Notes under the pieces: generated by a model
Told to the model about the DNA's origin: nothing
Database searches by the model: none
The model's input: only the letters and a program-made list of their open reading frames with translations
Origin: Haliotis cracherodii
Lineage: Eukaryota
Direction: 5' to 3'
DNA length: 64,000 nucleotides
NCBI RefSeq assembly: GCF_022045235.1
Contig: NW_027266271.1
Span: forward strand, 24,180,001-24,244,000
Shown: piece by piece, positions 50,301-62,148 of the stretch
How positions within the stretch are numbered: position 1 is the first letter of the stretch
How the letters are laid out: each line of letters starts with the position of its first letter
Program-made: the position numbers and the translations under genes

Positions 50301-53300
50301 AATCGGTGACAGGGTTAGCAAGGAAACATGTTCCTGCACAGCTGTAAGGTGTTGAATCGGTGACAGGGATAGCAAGGAAACTTGTTCCTGCACAGCTGTA
50401 AGCTATTGAGTCGATGACAGGGTTAGCAAGGAAACTTGTTCCTGCAGAGCTGTAAGCTGTTGAATCGGTGACGGGGTTAGCAAGGAAACTTGTCCCTGCA
50501 CAGCTGTAAGCTGTTGAATCGGTGACAGGGTTAGCAAGGAAACATGTTCCTGCACAGCTGTAAGCTGTTGAATCGGTGACAGGGTTAGCAAGGAAACATG
50601 TTCCTGCACAGCTGTAAGCTGTTGAATGAATAACAGGGTTAGCAAGGAAACTTGTACCTGCACAGCTGTAAGCTGTTGAATCGGTGATAGGGATAGCAAG
50701 GAAGTATGTACCTGCACAGCTGTAAGCTGTTGAATCGGTGACAGGGTTAGCAAGGTAGTATGTACCTGCATAGCTGTAAGCTGTTGAATCGGTGACAGGG
50801 TTCGCAAGGAAACTTGTACCTGCACAGCTGTAAGCTGTTGAATCGGTGACAGGGTCAGCAAGGAAACCTGTTCCTGCACAGCTGTAAGCTGTTGAATCGG
50901 TGATAGGGATAGCAAGGAAGTATGTACCGGCTTAACTGTAAGCTGTTGAATCAATAAGTGTCAGCAAGGAAACATGTACCTGCACAGCTGTAAGCTGTTG
51001 AATCGATGACAGGGTTAGCAAGGAAACTTGTACCTGCACAGCTTCTTGTTTTCGTCCAATGTCATTGCGTTCAAGATATATTGACTTGTGGCATCACTGG
51101 ATGGTTGTTCTGGGACAAGGAGCGTTATCCCGTTGTTCATTAAGCATTGAAGGTAGCCCTTTCGGATGGTTTGATCGCTGGAACAGTCCACCTGGACTGT
51201 ATCTACACCGGTAGCGTTGACATCTGATGAAGGTAATATATAACATCAATATGGAGATCACAGGCTTACATTACGTAACTTCGCAAACAGGCAGAGATGG
51301 GTTGAAAGGGTTCCCAATTAATTAAGAAAGTTAATGAAAATGTAAATCTCTTGTCTTATGTTTCTTTAATAGTATTTTGTGAATTAAGTGAAGTAAAAGG
51401 GACAATTTATAACGGGCAATATATTTATGATATGACGTGGTTGAGTAGATCAAGGGTGCCAAAACATTTCGAATCCCGGTTGGCCCTGATTATGTTTCTA
51501 AGCATGTCTAAACCCGTCTCGTGGCTTTCACCACGGTGGTAAACGTCTATGACCTGCATCTCCCACATTCAGCTAATACGCCGAGATACAACGGGAATAC
51601 TATTAAAAGCGGCGCTAAACCAAACTTACTCACTCACTCACTCTTATCTTACGAACGTGTAGAGATTGAAGTGCAGCTGCTTGTGTCTGGCTGTGATGCT
51701 TCGAACATCTGCATGCTGAGTTGACCACAAGCAGGCATGAATCTTCGGCCACATACCATCATCAACTGTGTTGACCTGCCATGCATATAGCAATACATCA
51801 TTTAAATGATGACTCAAGAACACTTCCAAAATTGAAATCACGTAAAGTTAATGATTTCCTTGACGCAATGGCATCAGAATTGAGCAGCTATTTCCTGCAA
51901 TTTGTCAATGTCCTTTGCTCTACCAATGAATATTAAAAGTGAAGGAAATTTAAGTCCACTTTGTGGTAGATTGGTTTATGTGAAAGAAATTCTACTTGAA
52001 TTCAACACGTCCTGCAAGGGAGATCACCTATTTTCATATCCACCCGAACACAAATTAACATTAAATAACCAAAAACGAGGGTAATTTAAGGATATATTTC
52101 ATTTTCGGTTGTAACTTAAATGACAACCTTCTTGCTCTCAAAGACTAAAACATTTCCACATTTTCGTCAGTAAGTGTGTCATCAAGTGATGGAATTCAAA
52201 GAATATACATTAACCTGTTTCGATGTTATGACGTTTGCCTCCTTATCATGGTCCTTAACCTTTGATATCATTAATCTGTTTGCAAAGTTAGCAGCATGTT
52301 TGTTCTGTAACCTGTTCATGGATAGAATATCGCTAACAAAATACTATGAGGAAATACGATGAAGAGAAACCGAACAGGTAGCATGTGCTTGTCATGCACT
52401 AAGGGAATTGTCGTTGACGTGGACGTGGACGTGGATGTGGATGCGGATGTGGATGTGGATGTTAACGTGGCGTGGAGGTGGACGTGGACGTGCGTGGAGG
52501 TGGACGTGGACATCGGTGTGTGGACGTGGGTGTTTGGATGTGGATGTGGACGTGGATGTGGACGTGGGTGTGTAGACGTTGGTGTGGACGTGGATGTGTG
52601 GACGATAACGTGCGCGTGGACATGGACGTGAATGTGGAAGTGGACGAGAACGTGTAAAGTGGGCGGCGTGTTTATGGATGTGGACGTGGTTATGGACGTG
52701 GACATGGTTATGGATGTGGACGTGGCTATGGACGTGGACGTGGTTATGGACGTGGATGTGGTTATGGACGTAGACATGGACGTGGACTTGGTTATGGACG
52801 TGGACTTGGTTATGGACGTGGACGTTGTTATGGACGTGGACTTGGTTATGGACGTGGACGTGGTTATGGGCGTGGACTTGGTTGTGGACGTGGACGTGGA
52901 CATGGTTATTGACGTGGACGTGGTTAATGACGTGGACTTGGTTATGGACGTGGACTTGGTTATGGACGTGGACTTGGTTATGGACGTAGCCGGGGATGTG
53001 GGCGTGGTTATGGACGTGGTCGTGGTTATGGACCTGGGCGCGTGGGTGCATTAGTAAAAGAAATGAATTTGTCCTTCTGGCAAAGAAGAATTTGAATGCC
53101 GAAGTTGGATTTTATATTTGTTGTTATTCCTAATGACCGTTTAATCTGACCTTTGGTACAGTAATGTTTTCAACGTATGCTCGTTCCTCAACGACAGAGC
53201 AACACTAAGAATGCCGCAATCATAACGCACACACATACCTGTGTTATCTGAAGGATTAATATCTGATAGAAGTATCGTAACTTACGCACAAAACGTCCTC

Positions 53301-56300
53301 TGCATTAAATCGGTTATGTTAATACTGAGTGGATCGCTGATGCTGATGGCGCCGGTGATGTTGGCACAATCAACGATTTTCGGCAAAACTTCCTTCAGGC
53401 AGGTTTGGTTGACCTCTTTAGAATCAATCACACGCATAAGGTTATGCAACGAAACCACAACACTAATCAGTTGAACAGACATCTAGTCTGGCGTTTATGT
53501 GTTGTACATATGAGAACTAAATTGTGTATGTGCGAGTGAGTCTGTTTCTACGCCGCAATATCACGGCTGGGGAGACCAGAAGTAGACGTCACACGTTGTA
53601 TCCAAGAGGGAAACCGAACCCAAGCCTTCGGTGCGACGAGCGAACGTTGTCGTCAGTTGTCTTCCCAATCGCCCTGTTGCTCTTTAGACAACGAAAGGGA
53701 TGATATGACTGGAATCGAGAGTACTTAATGATGGTGAAGGAAGGTCTGGCTCGATACTCTTTTTGAAACACAAGACAGAAATCAACTGGAGCAAATGGTT
53801 CTGCTATGTCGAATATAACATCCTCTGGCTAAAAAACGTATCCCGTAAGGTGACATTTGTACTTCGTTCTGCCAATCAAGGCACGTTTTGATACATACTA
53901 CAATAAAAGGATAAAGCGTCACATTGGATGGAGATATATTTCTATGCGGTTCAGTAAATGATAAATATTGTTCTTGTAACTACTTATTTTTAAAAAAAAA
54001 CATACAACATTTCTTAGTTGAATGTTCAATCAAAATTCAAATTATATTAACTAATTTATGAATATAAATACTTCAAAGACTCGGTTCCTATAGACATTTC
54101 TGGATGACGTTTGTATTGTTTTGGTCAAATCCAGTTTTAAAGTGGATACTTAATTTTGCCCGGAATTTCTAAAAGTTATTTTTAACTTAAACCCTGTGTA
54201 TCATGTTTGATCCTACACTTCTATCAAGGTACATAATAAAACAAGAAGACAGCATAGGCTTTTCACAACATATGTCCAGTCCATTTGTCTTTTAGACAAA
54301 GAAATGTATTAAAAACCATACATACTGCCCACGTTTGCGCAGGAATACTCTTCTGTCTTCCGTATTTTGTCTGCCGATGGAAACATATCCTTCAAGAAGG
54401 GTACATCCAGTAAACACTTTCTGGATACCCGACTGCTACACACGCTCGCTTTCACATAACTGTCAATATCACTGAAAATACACAATTGTATACGACACCG
54501 TTATTGCATGAACAATTTGCAAAATCTTAAACTGAATTCTACCAAAAGTTTTGAAAATACTGAGTGAAAATATTTAGACTCATAGTTAAAATTAAAAGGA
54601 AATATCTGGTTGTGATCTGTACCTGAAACATTATCTACTCCACAAACAAAATCTTGACCCAGCTTCCTGAGAGACGTGGTCATGTTCCACGCATTGTTCA
54701 TACACACCTACAAACTTTAGCTGCTGAAGTGGGGTCAAACGTGCTCAACAGGTTTTTCACTAATTCAGTTGGTGATTGTGACAGGTTGCGAAGCATGCTC
54801 GCGGCTGGCAGTTTGAGGGGTACACCGTACACATCAAAACACTTCTGATTCACTGTCATTATACTTGATGAATCGTTGCAGTTTACGAGGTCGGTGAGAT
54901 CGATGACATCGATGGTTCCATTATTCCCTGAAATTGTATGTAATGAGATCAATAAAGACTGCATGCAGTACGGAGAGCTACAAGCTTTCGTTCAATCGGT
55001 TTTACAGAAAATTAGTTAGCACAACATATGATTTTAGCGATAATTGTTCAGCAAGTAGAATGTACCCTTGGTTTAAACAATTTGGTCGACATGGTAAGAC
55101 AAAAAGAAGAAACAATATAAGCTTATCTAGTGATTTGCGTATTGTCTTCACATTTCGAAGTGATGATGATGATGAGTGAGTGAGTGAGTTGGGTTTAACA
55201 CCACTTTGTACAGTATTCCAGTTATATCCCGGCGTGTCAGCTTAATGTGGGAGGAAAGCCCGAAGTGATGCAGGCCTCAGACGTTTACCACTTCCGTCAG
55301 ACCGACGAGCACGGGTATGGTGCTGACAAACCTAGAAACATAATTGGGGCGAACCGGGATTCGAACCCCCAATCATAGGTTTCTGGTGTGGCCAAGGGAT
55401 GCAACTCTGCACTGCGACTTGCGGCGACTTAGGCGACTGGGCCACCCTTGCCCCCTGACATTATGACCCCGATCAGTAGGTCCAAGTGTGCCCTCCAGCT
55501 CAAACATCTGCTCATATCCATAGTTCGTAGATTGTGTTATCTATTGAGAATTGCCCAGGAGCGCGGAAAGATTCAATATATTATCGTCAGAAAATTCAAC
55601 TGTTTACAAGAAAATTCAGCTCGTGGTAAGATTGTTGTCATATGCTTGTCTGCAAAGACGACTTCCGAATTCATAATAGTTTTTCACTTGTCAGTCACAT
55701 ACACGTGCGCGCACTCACATGGTCNNNNNNNNNNNNNNNNNNNNNNNNNNNNNNNNNNNNNNNNNNNNNNNNNNNNNNNNNNNNNNNNNNNNNNNNNNNN
55801 NNNNNNNNNNNNNNNNNNNNNNNNNNNNNNNNNNNNNNNNNNNNNNNNNNNNNNNNNNNNNNNNNNNNNNNNNNNNNNNNNNNNNNNNNNNNNNNNNNNN
55901 NNNNNNTAAGAGTACAATGTCACACTGTTGGTCACACACATATATGGTCGGTTATTCATAAATACACTGTCACACACAGAGACGCGCACACACGTGGTCG
56001 GTTTATCAAGAATAAAATGAAATGTCACACACTCGGCAACACACACGCACGCGCGAGCGCGTACTCATGTGGTCTGTTATTCAAAATACACAGTCCACTA
56101 GTTGGATGTGTCCAGTAGTGCATAACGTTCCACGTTGGCTGACATCATTTCTGCTATTGTAATATAATTGTTATTAAATACAATTATCGTAAATACGATA
56201 TGACGGCTGTTTCTTCCTTTACCTTGGAAGACAATATTTACATAACTATGGTTAGTAATTATTATCAGGACATTTATGCCATTAACTCTTTTGTTGAACT

Positions 56301-58615
56301 AAAATTGTCTCAATCGGACGTTCATTATTGCGTGAATCAGACTGTTTCTTGATTATGAACAGTGTATGGACAATAGACTCGTTTTAGCATATCGGGCTTA
56401 AGAAGACAGTTATATGAAATTCGTTAAGTTCAAACTGTTAGTTTGTAGGAGCATGTTCAATGTGAAAAGTTACAGTCGGAATTTGTTTTCTCATCATGCA
56501 ACCTGGAAAAGGTTAACTCGGGGTATTCAGAACGACATTTCCGACTGTACGACTGATTCCGTAAAAATCCTCGTCTATCTCTCGCTTCGATGGGATAAAC
56601 ATTTGAACGGAAAAGACATTACATAACCCGTGGGAAGTACTGCCATACAAGCCATCTATTAGACATTCCAGAATGTTCCTTTGTTCAGTTTTCATTTTTT
56701 TAATTGAAAATTTCAAAATATTTTTTAAAGCGTAGTTTGGAATGGACGTCCCCAGTTGAGAACAGTGCTGCATAACACGAGAAAGCTGCTTTCTGATTGG
56801 CCAATGTCGTCTTTTTGTTAGTTATTTCATTGGTCGGTCAAAGTTTGCGAAAGGTCGCTCTGACGTGACCCGTAATGGGATGTCCTCAGATCTTTTGCCT
56901 AGCGGTAGGAAGAACTAAGAGCCGCGTTTAATGAAATTGTTAAACGCCACCTACAACATTATTTCACCTTCATCACGGCGGACAGTAAAACATCGAGCTC
57001 TGTCAAGTGAAACCAGCGGTTGGGCAATGATCGACGATGTCGATGTACAGTGACATACAATCAACAATCACAAGTCGAACTCTGTAACCGCCCGGTCCTC
57101 ATAATCGGCTGCTAACGAACCTAATCTTGCGTTGGTGTTCACTAAAGGTTGGGCGGGGGTGAGAATATGTCCCCAGTACACCATTGCTAGGCTTACGAGG
57201 CAACTTAATTGGGAACATGTGAATAATGCGCGTGGGAAATGGTCTTAAGAGGTTATTAAATGTGTTGGGTGGTCAGGTTTTAATGGCTTCGTTGATGGCG
57301 TGTCAACGTACCACGACGAATCGGATCGTTTCTCATAATATCTATCACTGGTCTGTCTGGTCCAGACTCGATTAGGTACAGGCCGCCGTCATATAGACTG
57401 AATATTGCCGATTGAGGCGTTAAATACACAGACGCACGCACGCACACGCAGCAAATTCTGCCTGAGGACGTTCAGTGAACAGCAACGCAAAATTAGTTTT
57501 AATACTTATAGAAACCAAACCGGTTTCCACAATATTTGAGAAATTAAATCATACTTATAGACTATACTTGTAAGTTAAGTTTGATCGATATTTGCAAAGG
57601 AACCTGGCAACGCAGTAAAGTCACGTGAAACTATCCTGGAGAGTTCGCAGTGTCAAGAGATACTAACTCAAGATAGCTTAAGCTGACACTTACTGCGACG
57701 GGTATATAAACCAGTGTTGATGACACAATGCACCTGTTGACAATGTGGGTCTATGCAGAGAGTAATGGGAGTTCCCGGCTTTTAACCGACAGGGATGTTT
57801 GCAAGTTTTTCATACATTAGCAACAGAACAGATGTTTGGGCACACGAATGACTTCTACAGTACCAATGAATCGTCTTTTACATGTTTTGGTGCTGCTTGT
57901 GTCTGCTACCTTCTGAAACCGCCAGTTATTCAACGTGGTAAGTAACATCTGATCATACTGTTTTTCCTTCATTGGATTAAATCTATTTAATGAATCTGTG
58001 GTTAAGTCTTGTGAGTGCACGTGACATGGTGCTTTAGGAGAACTGAGTCATTCAACTGTACTTACTTGTATGCGAAGGACCCGTGAGGATCCGGGGTAGA
58101 ATAGGTCTTCAGCAACCCATGCTTGCTGTAAAAAGCGACCATGCTTGTCGTAAGAGACGACTAACGGGATCGGGTAGTCAGGCTCGCTGACTTGGTTGAT
58201 GCATGTCATCGTATCCAAATCGCGTGGATCGATGCTCATGATGTCAATCACTGGATTGTCTGGTCCAAACTCGATTATTTACAGACCGCCGTCATATAGC
58301 TGGAATATTGCTGAGTTCGGCGTTAAACAACAAACAAACAAATGTAAGCGAAGTTTTATCGAGATTCTCGAAGGCATCATAGAACAATTCAGGTCACGTG
58401 TTTCACCACCCCTATTATTTGATTTAGACCCTCTATCCTATTAAATGGATAATTCCTCAATACCATTGCCGTGAAGAGTTTGTGCAGCGTTAAGCAGTAA
58501 TCACTCACTCGCTTTCACCACACGCGAGACATTTTTAGTGACAGTTTGACAGACATAAAAACGTACCTGAAACCGTCGAAAACAACATAAAAACGAATAG
58601 GCACAAAAGCTCCAT
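47338..58615 (-). CDS. Gene C: diverged paralogue, secreted 24-Cys four-module glycoprotein (412 aa)
   Basis: Exons 58615-58567 (MELLCLFVFMLFSTVS), 54927-54708, 54471-54326 (DIDSYVKASVCSSRVSRKC...YSCANVG), 53415-53286, 51775-51657 (STQLMMVCGRRFMPAC...SSCTSIST), 51223-51034 (VNATGVDTVQVDCSSDQTIRKGYLQC...KKLC), 48405-48266, 48023-47930, 47488-47338. Total 1239 nt open frame. Intron phases identical to B. The unusual GTTCGT donor after exon 5 is shared with B and B'. Confidence 0.88.
48430..48900 (+). mobile_element. Penelope-like 3' fragment; related pieces at ~12100-12300, 13170-13610, 27700-27900, 28620-29160, 43120-43320
   Basis: YDKRDDFNFS...NFPFMSSNIPA, followed by the shared terminal motif ttgtgacgggtgccaccggtgggacaggatacgctcac. 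Confidence 0.65.
48905..50085 (-). mobile_element. R4/Dong-like (restriction-like endonuclease) non-LTR retrotransposon 3' fragment
   Basis: RLYLP...GRGLIN; LKSETE...LFAAQDQSL; CRMC-x7-H-x4-C followed by KRHN; ANKPDLVLFDK; KYADLAFEMSRL...SIVLRALG. Confidence 0.75.
50089..51043 (-). repeat. 54-bp minisatellite, 18 copies, starting at the exon 6/intron 6 junction of gene C
   Basis: Unit (minus strand) ctgtgcag-gtacaagtttccttgctaaccctgtcaccgattcaacagcttacag. Period 54, with one 52-bp unit. Confidence 0.95.
52410..53045. repeat. (GTGGAC)n-derived 6/18-bp tandem repeat in intron 4 of C
   Basis: gtggac/gtggat hexamers, grading into an 18-bp unit gtggttatggacgtggac from ~52670. Confidence 0.9.
55173..55454 (-). 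mobile_element. SINE, same family as 61482-61760
   Basis: Reverse complement aligns over the full length. B box ggttcgaatccc. Confidence 0.8.
55725..55906. other. Assembly gap (182 N) inside a degenerate CA-rich tandem repeat in intron 1 of C
   Basis: N run flanked by repeated gtcacac...tggtc units (~55690-56095). Confidence 0.9.
58078..58341 (+). mobile_element. SINE-like dispersed repeat with (caaa)n tail
   Basis: cccgtgaggatccggg...gtcgtaagagacgactaacgggatcggg...ctggaatattgctgagttcggcgttaaacaacaaac. Near-perfect TSD tgta(t/a)gcgaag. Partial copies at ~3391-3495, 4330-4450, 11545-11697, 16354-16480, 27150-27295, 31685-31815, 57255-57425, 60393-60490. Confidence 0.8.
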
Positions 58616-58619
58616 GGTT

Positions 58620-58850
58620 CCATATGTCCACAACCAAGAAAGTTCCTCTATATTTATATTGTGCTTGAAATAGACATTGTTATCATCGAGAGAGTAACAT
58701 CTGGTAGACTACAAGGACACCTTTGTGTACGCGACACACGCCGTTACATTTTTTAACTTCTATGACAAAAGATAACGGTATTGTGAAATAGTGTCCATGG
58801 GAACAACAGGGTTTGTTTCTAGAAGCGTTTTTTTCCACGAATATATGTTA
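58620..58850 (-). promoter_or_regulatory. Putative core and proximal promoter of gene C
   Basis: TATAAATA on the minus strand at 58651-58658, 36 nt upstream of the ATG. gtaacatctg 58694-58703, agataa 58770-58775 and ggtattgtgaaat 58777-58789 occur in the same order as upstream of B. Confidence 0.55.
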
Positions 58851-59198
58851 CAGGCCAGGTGTAAAATCCCTCATTGTGTAAAGTAACTTTTCACTTGGGC
58901 AATTTTCAAAAAGCCTCAACGTTTCAGTTCTTGTTCAAATAGACTGAAAATGTATATTGGGTTTTTTCTAGCTTCTGATCCAAGCATAATTAGTCTGTGG
59001 TGATGTTTTTACGTCCTTTTGACCTTCTTAATGTTTGTAGGCAATCTGTCAACTAAATGAGCAAATAGTTCAGTCAATTTGTCAATCAGATTCTACACAT
59101 CGACTGTAACATATATACTATGTATAAATAAAAACTATTTCTGATAATTCGTTTTTAATGATACTAGTAACTGAATGAAAGGTTTGATGATAATGAAG

Positions 59199-59454
59199 CC
59201 CCTGAAGATTCGGTGTAGAATAGGTCTTCAGTAACCCATGCTTGCCGTAAAAGGCGACTATGCTTGTGGTGAGAGGCGACTAACGGGATCGGGTGGTCAG
59301 ACTCGCTAACTTGGTTGATGAATGTCATCGATCCCAATTGTGTGGATCGATGCTCATGTTGGCAATCACTGAATTGTCCGGTCCAGATCCGTTTATTTAC
59401 AGACCGCCGTCATATTGCTGAGTGCGGCGGTAAACAACAAACAAACAAACAAAC
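59199..59454 (+). mobile_element. SINE-like repeat, (caaa)n-tail family
   Basis: 12-bp TSD tgatgataatga at 59185-59196 and 59456-59467. Confidence 0.8.
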
Positions 59455-61481
59455 GTGATGATAATGACTATATTGTGGTCACGATTTGTAAGCCAGCATA
59501 TTCTGTACATAATAAAACAGTTGCCAGGATTGGACAATGTCCCTTGTAGTTTCCTTCGCTTTGTTTCTGTAAATAAAATGGACATTTCATTTGAAATATC
59601 TACTTAAGGGAGAACCCATTTTACGATTGTTTTTACGCATGTGTTTACGAGTCTCTATTAGCTAGTGTTGACACGGGTGCTCGCAAAAAGAGAGCGTATC
59701 CTGCCGGATCAGTGGCACCAGTGCACTAATCGTGAACGAAGTTAAACGTTAAACCCTGATTCCCCTCACCTCACCTCACGTTGACGGGGTTTCATTGTGT
59801 GTTTTATTTGATAACAACAATATTTGCGTTCACAATTTTATTTAGAAGGAAATAAATCAAACAACTACATTGTTCATTGTCCAACTAAACAATGGATGTA
59901 ATGCCCCGAAAGTAATTCTTCATCAAGACACGATGGGATACATAAATAACTGCGATCCCCGACCTCGTTTAAAGATGGTACTTAAGTGGAGTGCGTCTGA
60001 GTGGAGTATTCATGTTAATCTGCGGCATATAAATCGGTATTTGTCCGGACTAGTACAAGCAGCCACACACACTCACTCACACACACACGCTATATAATTG
60101 CAATAATCTTGGACGCGACGTTTAAACCCCATTTCACCTCACTTCACCTTGAATAACTGACCCTTATCTCTGTGTGTGCGTGTGCGTGTGCGTGTGCGTG
60201 CAAGCCAGAGAATCGGTTGTGCACGTAACATATAGTTACAAATATAACTGAAGATGTCTAGACCCTTCAATTTACATTGTCATACGATCATTTTCTTACT
60301 GTCAAATATGACGAGACATATATCCCCCATAGCGCTTTTGTTACACATTAATTCTGCACAACTACTCTAGAGTATTAGATCGGAGGCATACCACACTGGT
60401 CCGGACTCGATTATTAACAGACCGCCGTCATATAGCTGGAGTATGGCGGAATATAGCTGGAGTGCCGCGTTAAACAAGAAACAAACAACACAGCCTCCTT
60501 TCGTTGACTTCTATAATTTTATGATACAAAATGTCATGTATCAATCGCGTCAAGATATGTTGTGGAGACGTTATGGTACTGTAAAGGTCAAAATGTACAC
60601 CAAAAGCTCAGAAAATGTTAACAAATTCATGAAGGCTACCGTCGCGATTACATCGATGCTGTGATTGCTTTGTGATACTGAAGTGAGACACAATGAAGGG
60701 AATCGATAGCGTGTGACAAAACGGTCACTATTTCTCTGTAATTTTCCGATTATGACACCTTCGGGAGTTCATGGCCTGGGTTATTCTCACATCGCCTACA
60801 CATCAATTCGCCTACGCTTCAATGTGCCTACAAGTACTATGTAGGCGATTTTAACCAATCAAAATGATGTCTCAAGGCAAGTCCGGCTCGAACACTTTAA
60901 AATATTTTCTCATGTTTAAGTGAGCAGTGTGAGTTTTAACAGTGAAGTTGATCGAGTCGAACCGCGGCCGCTTCAGGTAATGTGAGGGAAGCCTCAAAGT
61001 GAAGCAGGTCGTACACGTTTATCACTTCAAACCCACGAGCACAGGTTTGGTGCAGAAAAACCCAGATACATGATCAGGGCGAACCTGGATTCTGGCCTGC
61101 ATAGGAGACGCAAATCTGCACAGTGAACTGCATCGCCTGAGACGACTGGACCACCCGTGACGTTTCTTCCGTAACATACAGATTCATAAATGAGACATAA
61201 ATTCTTGAGTAGTGAAAAGATATACAAGGAAAAAGTATACAAATAATTACTTTTGACGAGATCAATACGCGAAAACAAGGACCCGAGGACCCGACCCCTG
61301 AGGTAGTCTGACTTGTACGAGGCAGCCAGGGGGTGTCCGGTCAGACCGCCTAAGGGATGGGGTCCGATGGTCCTTGTTTTCACATATTTACCTTGTCAAG
61401 AATAATCATTCGTTTCGTTACACCGAAATTTACTGTAAAGTTCATGAAGTCTTTAGGCAGTCCTCTTTCATTACAGTAGCT

Positions 61482-61760
61482 GGGGGGCACGGGTGGCCCA
61501 GTTGTCTAAGGCGGCGCGATTCGCTGTGCAGAGTTGTGTCCCATGGGCATGCCAAAAACCTATGATTGTGGGTACGAATCCCGGTTCGCCCCGATTATGT
61601 TTCTAGGTTTGTCAGCACCATACCCGTGCTCGTGGGTTTCAACGAAGTGGTAAACGTCTGAGGCCTGCATCACTTCGGGCTTTCCTCTCACATTAAGCTG
61701 ACACGCCGCGATATAACTGTAATACTGTTAAAAGTAGTGTTAAACCCAACTCACTCACTC
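61482..61760 (+). mobile_element. Longer tRNA-headed SINE family with (cact)n tail
   Basis: TSD tcattacagta on both sides. Near-identical inverted copy at ~55173-55454. Degenerate copies at ~60920-61156(-), 51437-51643(+), 6431-6535(+). Confidence 0.8.
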
Positions 61761-62148
61761 ATTACAGTAAGTCAGATGCAAACCATGAAGTGTTCGTACG
61801 AGACGCCATCTTGTTTTCTAGCAGACGAGTCAATATTCACCACGTGACATGTCAATACTGATCATGTGACGAGTCAATACTCGAGATCAATGCCAGTCAC
61901 ATGATTTCGGGGTCTACATTGAAACGTATTATTTCGTCACGTGGTACGGATTTACCAATGGAATTGCAAGATTCTTAATAGAGGTTTTAAAATCTGAAAT
62001 ACTTGTTAAGAACAGCGTGAAACATCTTCACAGAAAGATAATTGTTACATGGTGGCATCTACACACATCGTCATTCCACGCATTACCAAACCATTCGTGA
62101 CACAACTTCATGCTCATGTGTAACAGCGTTTGAAGAAGGATGTGAAGT

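Noticed and set aside
50061-50954. ORFs of 110 and 183 aa with an 18-aa repeat; possible CRISPR-like array
   Set aside because: They are by-products of a 54-bp minisatellite and are not in frame with C exon 6, which hits TAA within a few codons. There are no unique spacers, and the context is eukaryotic.
51647-51656. GTAAG donor 4 nt downstream of the chosen exon 5 donor in gene C
   Set aside because: It would shift the frame. The GTTCGT donor is positionally conserved in B and B' and gives the same 119-nt exon as B. Minor use cannot be excluded.
52359-53054. His-Val, Asp-Val-Met and Trp-Thr repeat ORFs on both strands
   Set aside because: The hexamer repeat is open in most frames, so these are not evidence of coding.
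55448-56118. Long ORFs spanning X runs
   Set aside because: Artefacts of the N gap.
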